A DNA stretch of 42,607 bases from Craspedostauros australis. Taxonomy: Eukaryota. The stretch is taken from positions 1 to 42,607 of the forward strand of contig JALAGF010006072.1 of assembly GCA_030167865.1 (NCBI GenBank). The letters run 5' to 3'. Shown piece after piece: positions 9,304-18,736 of the stretch. The position numbers and the translations under genes were made by a program. Position 1 is the stretch's first letter. The number at the start of each line of letters is the position of its first letter. The notes below the pieces were generated by a model. It was given only the letters and a program-made list of their open reading frames with translations. It was not told the DNA's origin and did no database searches.

Positions 9304-12300
9304 ATGCCGCCCCTCAAGGAGGCTCGTGGAGCAGCCTTGGTCTCCATGAAGACCTCCTCTGGCTCATCTCTGCCTGTTTCGGACACCAGCCCCCAAGGCA
9401 GCGACGATGATGAAGCAGTTGGTGCCCGTAGCGACAACAACACCACGAGCAACGTCAACGGCACCAGCATCGGCAACGGCAACGGCAATGATAGCATGTC
9501 GCAGCTTGGCAATGGTGTTCCCAATGCAGCACAGTCCCAGACGTCTGCCCAAACGTCTGCCCAAACGTCAAGCGCAGCACCAGCTGCAACACCGAACAAG
9601 GGAGTGAAGCAAGCCGCAACGATCAAATCGCCATCCAGGAGAGCTCTTACGTCACCTCTTTCCAACAACCCATTCCTCCAAAATGATCGAAAGAGGCTAT
9701 CTGCCGCCAAACAGTCACACTCGCGCAGCACCGACCCATTGTCATCCCCGACCAACAGAAGCAACCATTCAGCCAAGTCCATTTCATCGACGTCATCCAA
9801 AGACAAAGCGACGTTCCGACCAACCCTCAAATCTCCACTCAAATCCAAGACCCAGGCGCAGCCGCAGACGATTCGACAGCAGAGTCACTCTGATTCCAAC
9901 TCTGACAAGATGCCCATCAAAACGGAGCAATCGTCCAGAATTACATCAGATCCACCCATCGCCGCCGCAAACAAGCTCACGGAAGCAAATGCCGCCGCTG
10001 TCTCTCCTCAGGGCATCACTATCGACGACACCACTTCCAACGTGGTCACGGCGCAGCGAGGAATGACTTCTGCAGGCGCAAACACAACCACAAGTGCAAC
10101 TGCACCTGTTGCGATCGCCTCTGTAGACGATCCCGCTGGTTGCGTTCACTGCGCCGACGTCACTGCTCCCATCACCCCAAATGGTACTGCAACTGATACC
10201 GCGACTTGTACTGGATCAACAACGAACATTCAGCCTGCTCAACAACCTTCTCAACGGCCCGAATCACAGGATGCCTCTTCATCATCAGATGACGATGAAA
10301 ACAAGGACGACGTTGCTTCGTCTGGTGATGAAATGCCGTCGCTCATTGGCAATGATGACCCGTCCTTCGTCTCCAATTCGGAGCGAGATTCCGTGGTTCC
10401 TGAATACGAGGATGATTCGGATTTCTCCACGTCCGACGGCTCCGAGTCCCTCTACACAAAGTATCCCTACGGCGCAATGCTCCCAGGCATGGTCGCACCC
10501 GCAACAGGAACGGCAACAGGAACGGCAACGACAGCAGAAGGAGGAAACGCCGACTTCGGTGGAATACCGGCAACGGCAGCGACAACACCGGGAACAGCAC
10601 TTCCAGAGGATGCGCCCTTGACACCCACGGGAAACGGAGCATTTCGCCATGCGGCTTTCGCTTCTCCGAAAACCAAAGGCATTCTCAAAACTTCCAAAGC
10701 TGCAGGGCTCTCGTCTTCCGATCAGGATGCAACCAGCGACCCCGATGCGCCCGCAGGTGGACCTGCAAGTGAAAATGGGCCTCAATGTGAGGCGTCAGCA
10801 ACAGCTGCAGCAGTCTCGGACACGACTGCTCAGCCCGGGCCTGACGCTGAATCCACCCAGAGCAACGAAGCTATCGTTGCCACAACAGCCACGCTCAAGG
10901 GTATGACACTGGACTCGGACAACGGTGTGGCTACCCCCGCGACAATTGCAACTGAAACGCCCCCAGCATTGCAGCATGAGTCTGCGCAGGTGATGGACGA
11001 CGCAAGATGCTCAGAGGGTTCGTCTGGCGTATCCAACGGAGCAGAAGCGCCCGCAGCATCTGTGCCGGTACCAGCGCCAGTTCCCGCAACCTTCACCACG
11101 AGACCGGCCTCGTCTTCATGTTCTACGTCCGCAACAAACTACGATGACCATCCGAAGCAGGTTTCTATCCCGAAGAAGAATACGATCCACATAGCTGAAA
11201 ATCCTGCACAAACAGCTCCTGCGAATGATGACGAGGGTGTTTGTGTGACCGCGACAGCAACCGCAGACACAAACGAAAACGCAAGTGCAAGTGCAGCAGA
11301 GACTATGGGTGACGACGCCAATGTCGACAAAAACGAAGACGAAAGCGAGAATGGCAACCATAGAACCGACGCGGAGCAAACTGCTGAAGACGACGCCAAA
11401 ATGTTGACCGAAATTGCACCCGCTCCTCCCGTCGCAACCACAAGCGACGCAATCGATGATGACCAATCGTCCATTACAGAAGCGCAGCAAGTAGAAACCA
11501 AGGACGACATGGACAAGCCAGAAGCATCCAATGGTGACAACGATGACAGTGCGGGCGATTCAGAACTAGAGACGAAGTCCGAACTTCAACAGCAGCAACA
11601 TCAACAAGCTGAAAGCGACCAAAGCACTGCGGAAGGTTCGGAGCCAGCCATGACGAACTTGGATCAAGCCGAAGCACCGCAGCATGGCAGTGATGAATCT
11701 GTGCAAGAAGCCCCGACCGAAGCGAAGGATGCTCAAGTTGACACGATGAAGGAGGACGCGAAAATGGACATGGACAAAGACACAGGGAACATCGATCTCG
11801 ATGTCGTTGCTGCTCCTGCCACGGAGCTACACGAACCACAGAAGGCGCAGCAACTTCATGACGAGCAAGGTATTAACCAGGACGGTGGCAGCAACAGCAA
11901 CGAAAGCAGGAGCAGCAACAGCAGCAAGGATGACGGTGGCGATCAAAGCAGTGAGGGCGACGGTGGCAGTGACAGCGACAGCGACAGTATTCGCTCCATT
12001 GATGACAGCGATTCAGGGAGTGACGTATCGATTTCAAGCGGGTGCGACGTGTCAGTTGATACTGATGATGAACACAGCACATCAGATGCCCACTCACCAA
12101 AACAGAGGTTGCCAATTGCCTTTCCCAAAGCCGCATCCGGCACATCGGCGGCCGCGCCGATCACCGGCGAAGGTGGCGGCAACGATCAAGACCAAACGTC
12201 GCTAACTGATGAATCATTGGCCGCAAAGGCGGAAGAGGCAGACAAGGATCCAGCCTCGTCTCCACAACAACTGCAGCAGGCACAGCTTCCAGTAGCATCA

Positions 12301-15300
12301 ACTGTTCCCAAACCCCTAGAGAAAAAGAATGAGGATCATGACAAGGACAAGGACCAGGTTGATGGTGCAAGAACAGACGATAAAAGTCCGAAGCCAACCA
12401 GTGCCATGGATGCCGACAGTGACGACAGCGCGAGTGACAACAACAGCGACAACGACAATCATGAAAGCGAAGATGAAGACAATGATAGTGACGCAGAGCT
12501 GAATCCCAACGACTCGTCTGATGACGATATCAGTGTCGCAACTGAATCAGATGAGGACGTTGGTCGAGCGAACAACCACGCTGCGGCTTCAACTTTGCGG
12601 CCGAACATGGTGCCAGTCAGGCCACTACAAAACGCAAACCCACCCAGTGCCAACCAACTCACTGAACCCACGAACAACACCGCAGCGCGCTCTGCTGGAA
12701 TGATGTCTGCGGGACCAACCCCGCCAACTACGAAACCAATCCGTGTTGCTGGCCGGCAACCACATCCCACACCAACGCAACAACAGGACGACGACAGCTA
12801 CGATTCAGATGCGTCCTACTCGTCTGACGATGAGCGAGAGCCCGTTCAGGCGCAACGCAACAAGGCCCCGACATTGCCCGACACGCGTCCCAATACAGCA
12901 GCGCCCATGTCCAAATTCGCGGCACCGGGCGCCAAGTCTTCCTTGAGTGGTGTCAGATCTTTCCAGCAGTCATCACAATTGAATCAACAGCCACCGGCTG
13001 TACCCATCCGTCCCAACATCGCACCCAAACCCATTTTGAAGAGTGCGATGAAACCACAATCCCGCCAGCACAGCCCTCAACGATCCACAAATGCTGCCCT
13101 GCACCAGCAGCTGCACCAGAATCGTCACAGGCATGGGAACGCGCAACAGAGACATGCAGGCCGTGGCAATAGTCACACTCGCGGCCACCACAACACAGGC
13201 AGCGACTCCGATGCATCTGTCAGTTCCGATGAGGATGACAATGCGCGTTATGTGGCGCAGCCAAGGCGCGGTGCTGCTGCTTTCGAGCGGCGAACAGTTC
13301 GACACACAGCTTCCTCAACCGCTATGAAAGCCCCGATCCGCGCTCCACCAAGGTCACGCTCCCAACCCTTGAAGCAAGCACCTGCGCTGCCCACATCACG
13401 GATGCAACAACAGCCCGTGTCCACAGCCGGACTGCAAATGCCACAGAGACTCATGAGTCCAGTTGCCACGCAGAGTCGGCGCAAGGTCGTCCGCCCACAG
13501 CTATCCAGCAGCGACAGCGAGAGTGACGTCTCTGTCACTAGCCATAGCGACGGAGATCACAGCCCTCAGCGTGGTGTGCATAAGCGACGTCAGGCGGGAA
13601 TGCCATCGCAGCCGCGAGACCGCCAGCCGACGAGTCATCGAGTCGACGCCTCCTCTGGCAGTTCCAATGCACGAGGAGGGATGAACTACCCCACGAGAGG
13701 ACAACCATTGAAGTCAGCAATGAAGGACTCTGTGTCATCTAGTCCACCACCTCCACCAGTTCGACGTCGACATCATCATCATCAGCAGCAGCAGCAAGCG
13801 CAGCCACCAATTAAATCTTCACCATGGTCACAGACCCAGTCGAAGCAAGAGCGCAATATCAACAGTAGCAACAACAGCAGCAACAGCAACCAAATGCCGA
13901 CGCAACCCCGGCGACGCAAGCCATTGGATGAGCAGCCATCAGACAGCAGTAGCGAGGATGGTGAGTCTTCGCAAGAAGCCTCCCTGGAGGATTCTGACGT
14001 TGCTTCCATCCCGACTGATAGCGACTCCGAAGGAGCACCTTCTCCAAAGTTGCCGAGGCATCAAGCGCGAAATCAGCCTGGATTGCCGACCCCATCAACG
14101 GCCGCAAACCGGAAACCACCTGCCCATGCCGCGGACTCCAAGTTTTCATCTGGCAGAAATTCCGCTTCTGCAGACAAGGCTCCTGCTCCCGCCCGTTCAG
14201 TGTCTGACTTTGGTCGTCGACAACCACCTGCACGCACGAAGTCCAGCGACATTCGTGATGGTGGGAGAGACTTTGTCCGCGCCCCACCAGCACGCACTAA
14301 ATCGGCGGACATGCGTGGCCCGCCCGGTACGTTCGCACGAAGGCAACCACCCGCGCGAACAAAGTCTGGCAGTGTTGGTGCATCACCATTGCGCACTATG
14401 AGTGGTAGCCTCGCTGCAATGCGGGTGAGTGGAGGCGACGTTGTCCGTCGACCTCCGCCACGAACAACGTCAGGCAGCTTGGCTTCGCCGGTTCCGCGTG
14501 ATGCGAGCAGCGGGGGCGACAAAGTCCGAAGGCCGCCACCAAGAACGAAGTCTGGTGCATCGTCAGATAACTTCGTCCGCAGGCCTCCCTCACGAACCAA
14601 ATCCGGCGCAACAGCTGCGGACACCAACCCAGCATCAACCGACGCCGGTGCAGGCGCAAGCGCAGGTGGATTTCGTCGAGCGCCACCAACACGCACGAAG
14701 TCTGGAGCTGGCAGAGCCGGTGTGGCTAGCGCTGATGGCAATCGTGACGTTGATGCCAACAGTTCTGGCCCGGTCGTCCCCACTGCTGGAGCTGGAGCTG
14801 CGAGCACAGCGGATGCAAAGGAGACGATTGGAGGTACTGGCAGCAGCGTCGGGCTTGGCGTCGGCGGCCAAAGCAGAATTGCACCGCTACGGAGCACGAG
14901 CACAGATGGATTTGGACCAACTCGGAGAGCACCTCCCCGAACGATATCGGCAGCCAATTCCTCGATGTCATCCTTCCTGCCTGTTTGCATCCCAGAAGAT
15001 GAAGAGGTGGAGCACAAGGACGACCGTGAAGAAATCTTGGAGCGCAATGCGTTGTCTCGGAAGCGATCAACGGAGATGCTGGCAGCCATGTCACAAATGT
15101 CGCTCACGATGAGCCGTTCATCGGACAAGACGACGGATGGTGACAGAGATGACGGCGAGTCAAAAACAGAGCCCGGAGACAACACCAAGTCTGATGCGGG
15201 GTCTAGTGGTGCTGCAGCAGGCGGACCCAGACGACGGCCGCCGCCCCGGACAAAGTCGAGCGACGGCTTCGGCGGCGGAGGGCGTCGAGCACCACCGCGC

Positions 15301-16131
15301 ACAAAGTCGAGTGATAAGTTCGGCGGCGGAGGTCGTCGGGCACCGCCCCGCACAAAATCCAGCGATCTGTCAAAGATGGCCCCCACCAACGACGCTCCAC
15401 GACGATCCGTGCCGATGCGGTCAAAGTCCAGCGCCGGTGCGCTCATGGCGGGTTACGACGGATCTGCTCGATCTGCAGCGATGGAACGCAACGCTCTGAG
15501 GCGGAAGCAATCTGGTGACATGTTGTCCGCAATGAGAGCTGCCGCAACCTCCGCGCATACTCCTGGGAATCGTGGTGCACCGAAGACCTCGCTGGCACGC
15601 ACCAAATCGATGGACGTTGCGATGCGGCGTGCGCCAGCAAGATCCAAGTCCAGCGGAATGAGCGGCATCATGTCCCGCGACTTGTCTCCTATCCGTGAGA
15701 AGCGCGGCGTGCGAGGCGCTGCTGCACGAGGTCCTCCGAGTACGCTTGGCGGTGTTGGCTCTAGTGTTAGCGGTGGTGTTGGCGGTATCACGGTTGGCAC
15801 ACACATGACGGCAGACAAGGAAGCCGCGTTGACACGAAATGCGGCACGGCGCCAAAAATCCGGCGACATGCTGGCCGCAATGTCCCGTGCGGCTGGACGC
15901 GCTGCACCAGGACGTACGCGATCAAACGATGGAATGATGAGACGCGCTCCGCCAAGGACCAAGTCCACAGATATCCGTGCAGCAGTCGCGGCGATCACGC
16001 CCACCATCAAGGAGGAAAGTGGAGATGAAATTTCAGTTGGATCCTTGTCACGAGCATCGTCGCAGCGCAGCGAGTCATCTGAATTGCAGGCCATGGCGAA
16101 CGGCATCCGCCAAACTCAGGACGTCTCGTAG
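9304..16131 (+). CDS. Large intrinsically disordered protein, 2275 aa: acidic central region and a basic C-terminal region with about 16 (R)RxPPxRTKS-like repeats
   Basis: Uninterrupted 6.8 kb ORF, S/D/A/T/P/Q-rich. The peptide repeats are conserved at amino-acid level but use different synonymous codons, which supports this frame as coding. No recognisable globular domain. Confidence 0.88.
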   Translation: MPPLKEARGAALVSMKTSSGSSLPVSDTSPQGSDDDEAVGARSDNNTTSNVNGTSIGNGNGNDSMSQLGNGVPNAAQSQTSAQTSAQTSSAAPAATPNKGVKQAATIKSPSRRALTSPLSNNPFLQNDRKRLSAAKQSHSRSTDPLSSPTNRSNHSAKSISSTSSKDKATFRPTLKSPLKSKTQAQPQTIRQQSHSDSNSDKMPIKTEQSSRITSDPPIAAANKLTEANAAAVSPQGITIDDTTSNVVTAQRGMTSAGANTTTSATAPVAIASVDDPAGCVHCADVTAPITPNGTATDTATCTGSTTNIQPAQQPSQRPESQDASSSSDDDENKDDVASSGDEMPSLIGNDDPSFVSNSERDSVVPEYEDDSDFSTSDGSESLYTKYPYGAMLPGMVAPATGTATGTATTAEGGNADFGGIPATAATTPGTALPEDAPLTPTGNGAFRHAAFASPKTKGILKTSKAAGLSSSDQDATSDPDAPAGGPASENGPQCEASATAAAVSDTTAQPGPDAESTQSNEAIVATTATLKGMTLDSDNGVATPATIATETPPALQHESAQVMDDARCSEGSSGVSNGAEAPAASVPVPAPVPATFTTRPASSSCSTSATNYDDHPKQVSIPKKNTIHIAENPAQTAPANDDEGVCVTATATADTNENASASAAETMGDDANVDKNEDESENGNHRTDAEQTAEDDAKMLTEIAPAPPVATTSDAIDDDQSSITEAQQVETKDDMDKPEASNGDNDDSAGDSELETKSELQQQQHQQAESDQSTAEGSEPAMTNLDQAEAPQHGSDESVQEAPTEAKDAQVDTMKEDAKMDMDKDTGNIDLDVVAAPATELHEPQKAQQLHDEQGINQDGGSNSNESRSSNSSKDDGGDQSSEGDGGSDSDSDSIRSIDDSDSGSDVSISSGCDVSVDTDDEHSTSDAHSPKQRLPIAFPKAASGTSAAAPITGEGGGNDQDQTSLTDESLAAKAEEADKDPASSPQQLQQAQLPVASTVPKPLEKKNEDHDKDKDQVDGARTDDKSPKPTSAMDADSDDSASDNNSDNDNHESEDEDNDSDAELNPNDSSDDDISVATESDEDVGRANNHAAASTLRPNMVPVRPLQNANPPSANQLTEPTNNTAARSAGMMSAGPTPPTTKPIRVAGRQPHPTPTQQQDDDSYDSDASYSSDDEREPVQAQRNKAPTLPDTRPNTAAPMSKFAAPGAKSSLSGVRSFQQSSQLNQQPPAVPIRPNIAPKPILKSAMKPQSRQHSPQRSTNAALHQQLHQNRHRHGNAQQRHAGRGNSHTRGHHNTGSDSDASVSSDEDDNARYVAQPRRGAAAFERRTVRHTASSTAMKAPIRAPPRSRSQPLKQAPALPTSRMQQQPVSTAGLQMPQRLMSPVATQSRRKVVRPQLSSSDSESDVSVTSHSDGDHSPQRGVHKRRQAGMPSQPRDRQPTSHRVDASSGSSNARGGMNYPTRGQPLKSAMKDSVSSSPPPPPVRRRHHHHQQQQQAQPPIKSSPWSQTQSKQERNINSSNNSSNSNQMPTQPRRRKPLDEQPSDSSSEDGESSQEASLEDSDVASIPTDSDSEGAPSPKLPRHQARNQPGLPTPSTAANRKPPAHAADSKFSSGRNSASADKAPAPARSVSDFGRRQPPARTKSSDIRDGGRDFVRAPPARTKSADMRGPPGTFARRQPPARTKSGSVGASPLRTMSGSLAAMRVSGGDVVRRPPPRTTSGSLASPVPRDASSGGDKVRRPPPRTKSGASSDNFVRRPPSRTKSGATAADTNPASTDAGAGASAGGFRRAPPTRTKSGAGRAGVASADGNRDVDANSSGPVVPTAGAGAASTADAKETIGGTGSSVGLGVGGQSRIAPLRSTSTDGFGPTRRAPPRTISAANSSMSSFLPVCIPEDEEVEHKDDREEILERNALSRKRSTEMLAAMSQMSLTMSRSSDKTTDGDRDDGESKTEPGDNTKSDAGSSGAAAGGPRRRPPPRTKSSDGFGGGGRRAPPRTKSSDKFGGGGRRAPPRTKSSDLSKMAPTNDAPRRSVPMRSKSSAGALMAGYDGSARSAAMERNALRRKQSGDMLSAMRAAATSAHTPGNRGAPKTSLARTKSMDVAMRRAPARSKSSGMSGIMSRDLSPIREKRGVRGAAARGPPSTLGGVGSSVSGGVGGITVGTHMTADKEAALTRNAARRQKSGDMLAAMSRAAGRAAPGRTRSNDGMMRRAPPRTKSTDIRAAVAAITPTIKEESGDEISVGSLSRASSQRSESSELQAMANGIRQTQDVS
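14215..15966 (+). repeat. Dispersed coding repeat RRxPPxRTKS(S/G), including a 51-bp tandem unit at 15268 and 15319
   Basis: RRQPPARTKSSD, RAPPARTKSAD, RRQPPARTKSGS, RRPPPRTKSGA, RRPPSRTKSGA, RRAPPTRTKSGA, RRRPPPRTKSSD, RRAPPRTKSSD x2, RRAPPRTKSTD and variants. Confidence 0.9.
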
Positions 16132-16664
16132 AGCTCATCGAGAGAAGAGGAGGCACGAATGCAAACAAAATCTATCGAAAGCGCGCATGTGCATACTTGG
16201 AGGTATATGCGTGAAAGGTTGGATCAGAGTGAGTGAGAGAGAGACAGAGAGAGAGAGCGGGCAGTGCATTGGTAGGTATCGTAGGCAGGCGTGACGAAAG
16301 ACCTGTACATACTTGAATAAAGCCTGAATAGAGGCACACCAACACCCAGTACTCAGCAGAGTATGGTACCGTACCATAATAGTCAGAAACCAACAATATC
16401 GGTTACTCCAGACTGTTCGTACCCGTACAATAGGTACGATGCATCATGTCGCTGCAACGGGGCTTCACCCAAGGCGTCATGTGCCAACCGGAGAGTACTC
16501 GCATTCCCAGATGCGCTGGTGACAGTGCTAACAGGCGTACATACATAGGGTAGTTTGTGCTACTCTGTTTTTTATTTGTTGTTACAAGAGCACTTGCATG
16601 TACGACAACGATGGAAGCGGCAACGCAACTGCGTATGTGTTGTCTAAACTGTTGGTTGAATCTG

Positions 16665-16688
16665 CATGGCATGGCATGGCATGGCATG
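16665..16688. repeat. (CATGG)n pentanucleotide microsatellite
   Basis: catggcatggcatggcatggcatg, just beyond the stop codon of the minus-strand gene. Confidence 0.85.
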
Positions 16689-16699
16689 ATACGCCACGA

Positions 16700-17689
16700 T
16701 CACTCGACGAAGGTCCCATACTCGACAGCAGGATCTCGATGTCCCCGGCCGAGAAACCAATACGTGACCGACGGTCCCATAGAAGAACATGTGAAGAAAC
16801 AGACCGCGAATCGGTCCTTCACGAGCTTATCCGGAAGGGCATCGGATGGATCTTCCTCGTCCACGCGCCAGAACGTCTGATCCACTCCGATCTCGTGTTC
16901 CACGGCGTAGCGTATCTGCAGGTGTACATCGTCATCCATGCACTGGCAACAATACGTGCGATCCTCCCCAATCTCGAAGTAGACCCGCGAATCTGTTCTG
17001 GCGCACCGCACGCATGCCGTCTTGATTCTCTTGCTCCGCTGCTCTTCGTGTGCTTCTTGCTGCTTCAGCTGCTGCAGCAACTCCTCTGGATAGTTGGCGA
17101 ACTCCGCTGCGCTGTATCGCAGCCCCGCGAACGAGCCCTCTGTGCTGAAAATGTCAACCTTGTGGTTGGTGAATAGATCGCAGATCGTGCCTTCTTCGAC
17201 GTTGTCACAGTCAATGCTCGAGACCACCAGCCATGGCTGCGTCAGGTCGAACTCGTCATCGTCGTCGCCATCTTCTCCTTGAGACTGACGTTCTGTCCGT
17301 GGCACGACAGGACCAAAGTACGCCTTTCGTATCTTCTGAAGCAGCTTCGGTTTGCAGCCCAGGATGGTCAGCATGTGTTGCTCGAGCCACCACTCCGTCC
17401 ACTGCTCGTCCAATCGTTTGAACCAGTCCCTGTGGAACGCCTTGCACGTCATGGAAAGATTCACCGCATCGGCAGCGCAAACCCATGGCTCGATGAGACA
17501 GCTTTCGCACTGCACGATGTCATGGAGGGTGGGACGCGGTGCGTCATGTGGAGCATCATGTGGAGCATCATGCGATGCATATTCGTTCTCCTTGTTGATC
17601 TCGTCCGAGTCTGCCGGCCCCGCCTTGCTTTCAGCGTTGTTTTCAGTGCTGCTGATGTTGCTGCTGGTCCTGTCGCAAGCATTGCTCAT
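16700..17689 (-). CDS. Hypothetical protein (~329 aa) with an F-box-like segment and a CxxC...CxxC cluster
   Basis: Protein-like ORF. LHDIV...LIEPWVCAADAVNLSMTCKAFH resembles the F-box consensus, followed by CVRC...CCQC. Start set at the ATG at 17689 (alternative 17809). The track's 17947 start is a non-ATG codon in AT-rich DNA. Confidence 0.72.
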   Translation of the reverse strand: MSNACDRTSSNISSTENNAESKAGPADSDEINKENEYASHDAPHDAPHDAPRPTLHDIVQCESCLIEPWVCAADAVNLSMTCKAFHRDWFKRLDEQWTEWWLEQHMLTILGCKPKLLQKIRKAYFGPVVPRTERQSQGEDGDDDDEFDLTQPWLVVSSIDCDNVEEGTICDLFTNHKVDIFSTEGSFAGLRYSAAEFANYPEELLQQLKQQEAHEEQRSKRIKTACVRCARTDSRVYFEIGEDRTYCCQCMDDDVHLQIRYAVEHEIGVDQTFWRVDEEDPSDALPDKLVKDRFAVCFFTCSSMGPSVTYWFLGRGHRDPAVEYGTFVE

Positions 17690-17984
17690 TGTTGCATCTC
17701 GTGCTCTTCTCTGTCCACAGGATGCCTGGTTGGACAGCGTGGGGCGTTGGTTCTTGCTGGTGGTGTGGCTGGTGGTGCTACGGGTCTGAGCGTGAGAACC
17801 TGGTTTCATTTTTGGTCTTGGATGATCGTCCGATTGTACTTTGTCCGATGACTTGTCCGCATATACGGTAAAAATATTATTTATTTCTACAATTATGAAA
17901 CCATGCGCTTGTTTAGTCCCTTCCCAACACAGACGACACGATACCAACTAGAAGTACAAACAGTATTAAATGAGATACTACGTC

Positions 17985-18054
17985 TAACGGACATATTAAG
18001 ATGTCCGTTATATTCAAGATATTGTTCGATGTACTAGTATACCACTATACTAGT
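17985..18054. repeat. Two tandem perfect hairpins in an AT-rich patch
   Basis: TAACGGACAT-attaag-ATGTCCGTTA (17985-18010) and ACTAGTATA-ccac-TATACTAGT (18033-18054). Confidence 0.85.
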
Positions 18055-18736
18055 TGAGGCTATACTATAGATAATGTACCAACTATGCTCGTTGCTTGGC
18101 AGCCTACCAATGAACATAGAAACCCATGGCAGCAAGCTGGGCGTCGTCATACTATACTCCATGGATGTGGCAGCTCCTGAACTAACGTGTCGCCTCGACA
18201 GAACGAGAATAGGAAGTGTTGGAGGAGAAGGGATACCAGAATGGTGTCCCCACACACTGTCTCTCCAGAAAGACAAAGCACTACTCTACTGATACTCAAT
18301 TAGAGTTTGACTTGGGGACGGTTTCGAGAGAGATCAAAGGAGCGAACACGTCAACGGAGACGATGTCCATCGTAGTGCCACCACGGTCATGCGCACAATG
18401 TAATAGAATACAATAGAATATTATTAAAATATTATGGTACGCAGCGTGCAGGTAGACGTGCGTACCCGCAGGCAGCATCAGTTCCATCTGTCAACCCGCG
18501 ACGATCGACAACACTTGTCTCAACTCTGCCTGATGCACTACGTTTCTTTCTATTCGAAGGCTGGAGGAACAGTCAAGGTGTTGGCTTGTGGGCTCTTCGC
18601 TTCAATTTGCTCTCTCTCAATCTATCCATCTCTCGAGAGAACGTGTACTCTAAGCAGCGTGCCATATTGTGCCATGTAATAGACTGCATTATCGTAAAAG
18701 GTAGTGTTGCTCTGCCACAGCAAGAATTGCTGTGCC

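Noticed and set aside
14073..15446. 457-aa antisense ORF with DFVRGG repeats
   Set aside because: Mirror image of the PPRTKS repeats on the sense strand.
14215..15966. Repeat array as a possible CRISPR
   Set aside because: Repeats are conserved only at peptide level, irregularly spaced and inside an ORF; there are no cas genes.
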